The notes under the pieces were generated by a model. It did not search any database. It had not been told where the DNA came from and saw nothing but the letters and a program-made list of their open reading frames with translations. A DNA stretch of 64,000 bases. It comes from Amphiscolops sp. MND2022. Its lineage: Eukaryota. This document shows, piece after piece, positions 58,401-64,000 of this stretch. Made by a program: the position numbers and the translations under genes. How positions within the stretch are numbered: the first letter of the stretch is position 1; every line of letters starts with the position of its first letter. The stretch is from contig OZ076409.1 of assembly GCA_964187785.1 (NCBI GenBank), positions 5,830,001 to 5,894,000 on the forward strand. Reading direction: 5' to 3'.

Positions 58401-61400
58401 GGGCGTGAAGGAAAATATATAAATGCATGTATGTAAGTAGAAAAACTAGCTAGCACTAGCGTCTATAAAAACAACAGTCAATGTAACTTGCGTTCAAGAA
58501 GTACTTAATTTCAAACAAGAAATGTTTGTGAAATTTGTAACAAAAAATAGCAGTAAAAATAATAGTACTTGAGAGCGCAATTGCATTTGCTTTATAGCTG
58601 CGACTGATTGTGACATTGTGAAAGTTGGATGGCCGTGACAGGAACAGTCAAGACAAAAAGCGAAGGAAAGGACTTTGAAAAAAATGATACCGAGTAAAAG
58701 CAGCAGTGATGGATAAAACATGGTTGAAAGATTTATTTATTATTTATAGCGGCCTATAGGATCAGACAAAGTGGGAACCACTTAATACAACACGTCAATA
58801 GTATGTATTTTTACATTCTTCTGATAATAAATATAAAATATTGAATGAATAAAAACAATGACTGATAAACAAATAATGGAACAAATCACTAATAAGAGTA
58901 AAAAAAAAACAGAATAAAGCGCAACACAAACCAATAAAACAATTAATTCAAAGCGGTAACAAAAGTATTGGATAGCGTTTGGAAAAAGCGGTCTCACAGC
59001 TTGCAAAAAGGAACGAACAATGACAGCCACGAAATGATGAAGATGGAAAAATGCAGTAAACCGCTTTTCTGATTTTCAAAGCAAGTAAACAAAAATTGTA
59101 TTCAATGCTGACGAAAAAAAAAGAGATATATATTCGCCAATGGTCGTCTAGCGGCGAGAGAAATGACGCACACAAAAACAGTGCATGTAGATACAACAAA
59201 AGTATAAAATCTGAGTTTTTACATATTTTAAAATATAATTTACAAGGCCGAGTGATGCCAAAAGCACATTTGCCAGCTAGACTGGATCCGATAAAGCACC
59301 GTCAGCCGATCCTAATAAACATGCAGATGCCGGTTAAGCCAGCCCCTGTGTATATATTAGCCGCCGTCTTTGTCTGTTCCCATTTCAGCCATTCCCTCTT
59401 CTTATCCCTAAACAAGCTCCGCCTCTTGCCTTCTAATTTCATGTCACGAAAATTGCGGCACAATTGCCAGCCAAAAGACTGCGTTTGACAGCAGCAGCAG
59501 CAAAACGGGAAGAAATATGCTGTTCTTCCATAATCGGCTTCCCCGAAAAATTAATGAATAAATTTGGATTGTGAATGTAAAACTGAATTCCAATTCGAAA
59601 CTTTGCTTCTCGATTCGAAACATGTGAAAACAGTTTTGGAGGCGCTATGAAATTTATTGCGTCTTTCCAAAGGCAATCCCAGTGTGTTGTTCGATACTGA
59701 AACGACCGTGTATCGTGTATACAAATGATTTTCACATTGTTACCATGTACGGTATTATTCAGGTATCGCCTTAGTTTTTGGTATCCTGTATTTTTGTCTT
59801 GAAAATGATTGAAAATTCTTGAAATGGGATCATTTTGCGTTTTATAATCAACTTGCCATCAAAGCCATGTTCTCATTTTTGTCGCCTGAGGCTGAAAAAC
59901 TTCTGTCAAAAACGTTCTTGTCAACTTTTACTTCACTAAAACTTGCTAGTGAATCAGTGACAGAATCAATGGTGGTGAGAAGCCTTTGAGTCATTTTATG
60001 GTAACCTGATGATTTTATCATGAAAGAAAGTTAATTTTCCCATTACCCAGGGGTGGACGCCGGATAAGCACTTCTACTTTTCTAAGTCGGGCCCTTTCGG
60101 ATACTATCTCCTCATAGCAACCTATGGTACCATGTCATGTTTGCAGCCAAATGGCCAAGCAATGACCGGCATGTAGTTTCAAAGTGACTTGATCGAGGTC
60201 ACAACAGTCTGAATGCTCACTTTTGTGCTTTTTGTTTTTGCTTTTCTCAGCAAAATGCAATATTTTGTGCCATTTACCATACCACTAAGCTAGGGATGAA
60301 GGACTTGCTTACGGCCCAACAAGGATGGGTTGAGAGAGAATCGAACCTGATACCGCTCCGACCCATGCTGGATGCTGTTACCACTACACCATGCTTCCCA
60401 TATCATGTATTGCGTGTATCACAAGACACTATTACGGTAATCATGTACGGTACTTTTCCCCATCAAACGTGTATCGGTGCAATGCACTATGCTATCACTT
60501 GAAGAAAATAGGCACCTGAGGGGGACAGTATTATTTCTGCTTTTAGTCTTTCATGCTCAATAACAGAAGAATCTTATTCATTTTCATAGCGCAAAATAAA
60601 TCACTCTACCCGTCTATACCGCCTTTAAATCTCGACTAAAGCAAATATAACTACTAAGCGTATACAAAATTTCGCATTATTTCGCATTCGCATTTGAATG
60701 CAGGCGAAGCTCTTGGCGAACGAATAATTTACACTCGTTCGCTTCATCGCAATGACTCGGCGTACGAATGGATAATTCTTACTCGCTCGTTCCATCGCAC
60801 GAAAAACGAAATGCTGTCAGCAGCTTGAGAAATTTAAATCTCCCGCCTATACTCACTGCCGAACAAAATATCTGAATTTTGCAGTAGTTACCCAATATCA
60901 CAATAATTGTACTGAAAAAAGTTGAATTTATGAGACTTCAATAGCGATCCTGCTATCGCAGAAATAATAAAAACCATTAAGATAGGAAATCAAAGCATAC
61001 CCTATTTTAATAGATTCAATTCAAGTTTCTTCATCTGAAAGAATGAATGAAATGGACCACCGATTGTGAAACAAAATGATTCGGACTGAATTTAAATTAG
61101 CTCGAAACCCCAGTTATTTTGTAAGTGATTAAAAATGCGCAATCAAATATCATTAAATTCGTGAAAACACTGCAGAATCAGTTTTGCGAACAATTTTATA
61201 GCTTTGTAATATCACTTTCAACAACTTGTATTTACTATTAAATCCTGATCTAGGAGCAAATTTTTGCAAATTTACACGTCTCACAGACCCAGTTTTGCAA
61301 TTTTGTATTATTGACAGAAACTAATTCATCCACTAATGACGATAATTTTTGCTTACAAAAAAATCGAAGAAAAACTATAGCTATATGGGGGTCTCTGAAA

Positions 61401-61885
61401 ACTGAATTCTACGCCCTATCTTGATACATTGCATTCAAGTTTCTTTCTCTTTTCGAAACAAAACAAAAAAAATTATCAGAGCGGACACTTTGTTGAAAGA
61501 GCGTCTGAACAATTTAAAATGACTTTTTGAACTCTCAAGGCTTTCGAAATTCAAACCGAAATAAGTTAGAAACGAAATCAGTTTTAAAATGCATTGTTTC
61601 TCAGTTTTTGCATATTGATCGCGGATTTTTCAAACAAAAATGTTTGTAATCAACCTTAAAATCAACCTTAACTATTGAATTTTTAGTTTTATAGATTTAG
61701 ATGATACTTTTCGTTCAGATTTTGATATCCTTTATTCGAGTCCATATCAATTTTTACAATCACAGATCCAATTCATTACAGTATGGTACTTGCTTAACTC
61801 ATGACCCGCGAAGAGTGACTTTGATAAGGGCTGAGGGCTTCTGTCCAAAGAGGTTACGTAAAGGTAACGTAAATTAGTTTCTTCA

Positions 61886-62339
61886 AACAAGTCGGGAACG
61901 CCATAAGTCGACGTCATATCTAAGGCTCAAAAATAGCAAAAAGACTTCAAAGTGTCAAGTATTCTCGTTTACAATACTCGAAAAACCCAATAGTTGGACC
62001 GCATATGCGCGCTAAAAGGGGGACCCTTTCGGATTTTTCATTATCCATTGTTGCAAAACATCAATAAAAATGAAGGGGGACCCTTTGGTGGATAAAAAAT
62101 TTCGAAAAAGTCGCACAATGTCGAAAAAACTGGAAGCGGGCGGACCCTTTAGTCTCGCCCGGCATTGTGTCCCGCGAAAAAAGGAAAAACCTTTCTGGTT
62201 CAGTTCGCTAGGCCAACAGGTACAATTTGACACCTTAAAGTTTCGTAGAACTTTCTAGAACTATTTTGGTCAGTTCGTGTGGATTGGAAAAAAGTCACTA
62301 GTATAGTCGCGTTTCACTTCATGAAGCGCCGACTAAAAA
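61886..62339 (-). mobile_element. Helentron/DINE-like family copy
   Basis: Reverse-orientation terminal motifs. Confidence 0.6.
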
Positions 62340-63355
62340 GAACGTTTAATTTTGACAGAACAAAAATGTGGAGCTGGCAAGGTTCGAACACAGCACCTAC
62401 TGCATGCCAGCGCATAAAACTGGACGAGTGAATAGTGATTTGAGAGAAACTTAATTTTCACTTTTGAAGACAAAAAAGGCAAGAAGCAAATGAATTTCTC
62501 AGAAACTTCATGACCCAAAATACCCGATGAAAAAAGGGGATGGCAAAAAAACGTTTAAAAATTTCATTTTAAAAAAAGCAACATCCAAAAAATGAAGCAT
62601 GGCATACCAGTTGGATGAATATACGTATAAAACCATCTAACTCAATTCAAATACCAACTTGAAGTGCAAAGCGCATTTTCATTAAAGTGGTCGTCGACCG
62701 AGCCATCTAACTAAGTTCAAAAAACGCGGAATTCAAAGCTTGCATCTCCGAAGCGATACATTAGCCAGCTCAAAGATAGGAGCCCGATGCCACTCAAAGA
62801 GTAGATAAGATGAAATTATCAAACGCTCATTCAACGGCGCTCTTGAGATCTTTCGTTTTTTCAGCGCCACAGTTATTTTTTTTCGGGAGGAAGGGGGGGG
62901 GGTATTGTTTTTTGAAATATTTTCAAGTCAGTGGCTATCAAAGCGACCAAAATCTTGTCTGTCATTGACTGAAACGACAGCATTCAATTTCAATAGAACA
63001 CTTCTAATATTCCATTTCATTTTTAGTCAGCGCTTTTGAAGAAAAGTGCCCGATTCTTACAGTGGGTAGTTTTTTAGACGCGTAAGGTCCACTTTTTTGT
63101 TCATTTGTTCAACAAATTGAACTACTGAGGTTCAAAACATTCGAAGCCTCAGAACCTCGTTAAAAAAACCGACGTCCGGAACTTCGAAAACATACTAAGG
63201 ATCCCCCTTTGGCTATCTTGGTGTTTTTACAGCATGTATCGGAAGTGAAAACGAAAATTTGCTATTTTCTTTTCAACCATTAATTGCTGAGAAAGAACGC
63301 TCTAGTGATCAAGGTCAAAACGACGCAAAGTGATTCAAGTTCCTTTGAGAATAGT

Positions 63356-63388
63356 AAACAAACAAACAAACAAACAAACAAACAAACA
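63356..63388. repeat. (AAAC)n microsatellite
   Basis: About 8 AAAC units. Confidence 0.9.
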
Positions 63389-64000
63389 GAGCTAGGATGA
63401 ATTGGAAAACAAGAGACGCGGAAACAATCATCATAAATTTGCATAAGAAATCTTCAAGCTCTTGTAGAAATTTTAAACCGGTTGGTCGGCGAAAATCAAA
63501 AGAGTCATTAAATTAGAAAAAAACCCTGAAACGTTTCAAGAAAATTGGCAAAATGTGCAAAAAAATATCAGCTTTGGTTCAAATCATATTTAGTGACTAC
63601 ACAATGTTTTTGAAGAATTGAAAAAAATGGAAAAAATTCACTCCGCGTTGCAATATTTACATTTTCCCCCAGCATTGCATGCTATTTCCTTATTGGCTTC
63701 AGAACGTCTTACTTCCGACTAACTCGTTAGAAACTCAAAGTTATCAGCTAGCTAACTTCTGACTCTCAAATTGAAAGGTTCAAAGGAAAAGCAACTAACA
63801 ATGATTAAAGAGGGGGGCAATTGAGATTGACGAAGAAATAACGAAGCTCAAATCATGTGCACTTGACATGAAGATAGTAACTTTAGCAAGTAATAGGGTT
63901 GGTTAATATGGGTTTAAGGGTTTACCGAGATTATGCAAAAAGTGGATGATAGAAAATAGAGATAATTCACTTTGAGATTGAAGCCAAGCCGCCCGCCGAC

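Overview
Repeat-rich genomic DNA from an invertebrate animal (species cannot be determined from the sequence). Most of the window is a minus-strand RERE/atrophin-family co-repressor gene with ELM2, SANT, GATA-type zinc finger and atrophin C-terminal motifs. I reconstructed 18 phase-compatible coding exons from 53015 down to the stop at 9645 (about 1350 codons); the 5' exons, probably encoding the BAH domain, were not found. One intron (20456-27862) holds a 4-exon antisense gene for a divergent Arf/Arl-like small GTPase that lacks the G3 DxxG motif. The intron splitting the SANT domain holds a recent Ty3/gypsy LTR retrotransposon (39007-47088; TSD GGGC). It has gag, a U-UUA-AAC -1 frameshift site and PR-RT-RNaseH, its integrase is deleted, and it carries an intact 519-aa coiled-coil third ORF that is not Env-like. 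The remaining introns are packed with Helentron/DINE-like non-autonomous elements, MITEs with TA, TTAA or 8-bp TSDs, tRNA-derived segments and a non-LTR RT relic.
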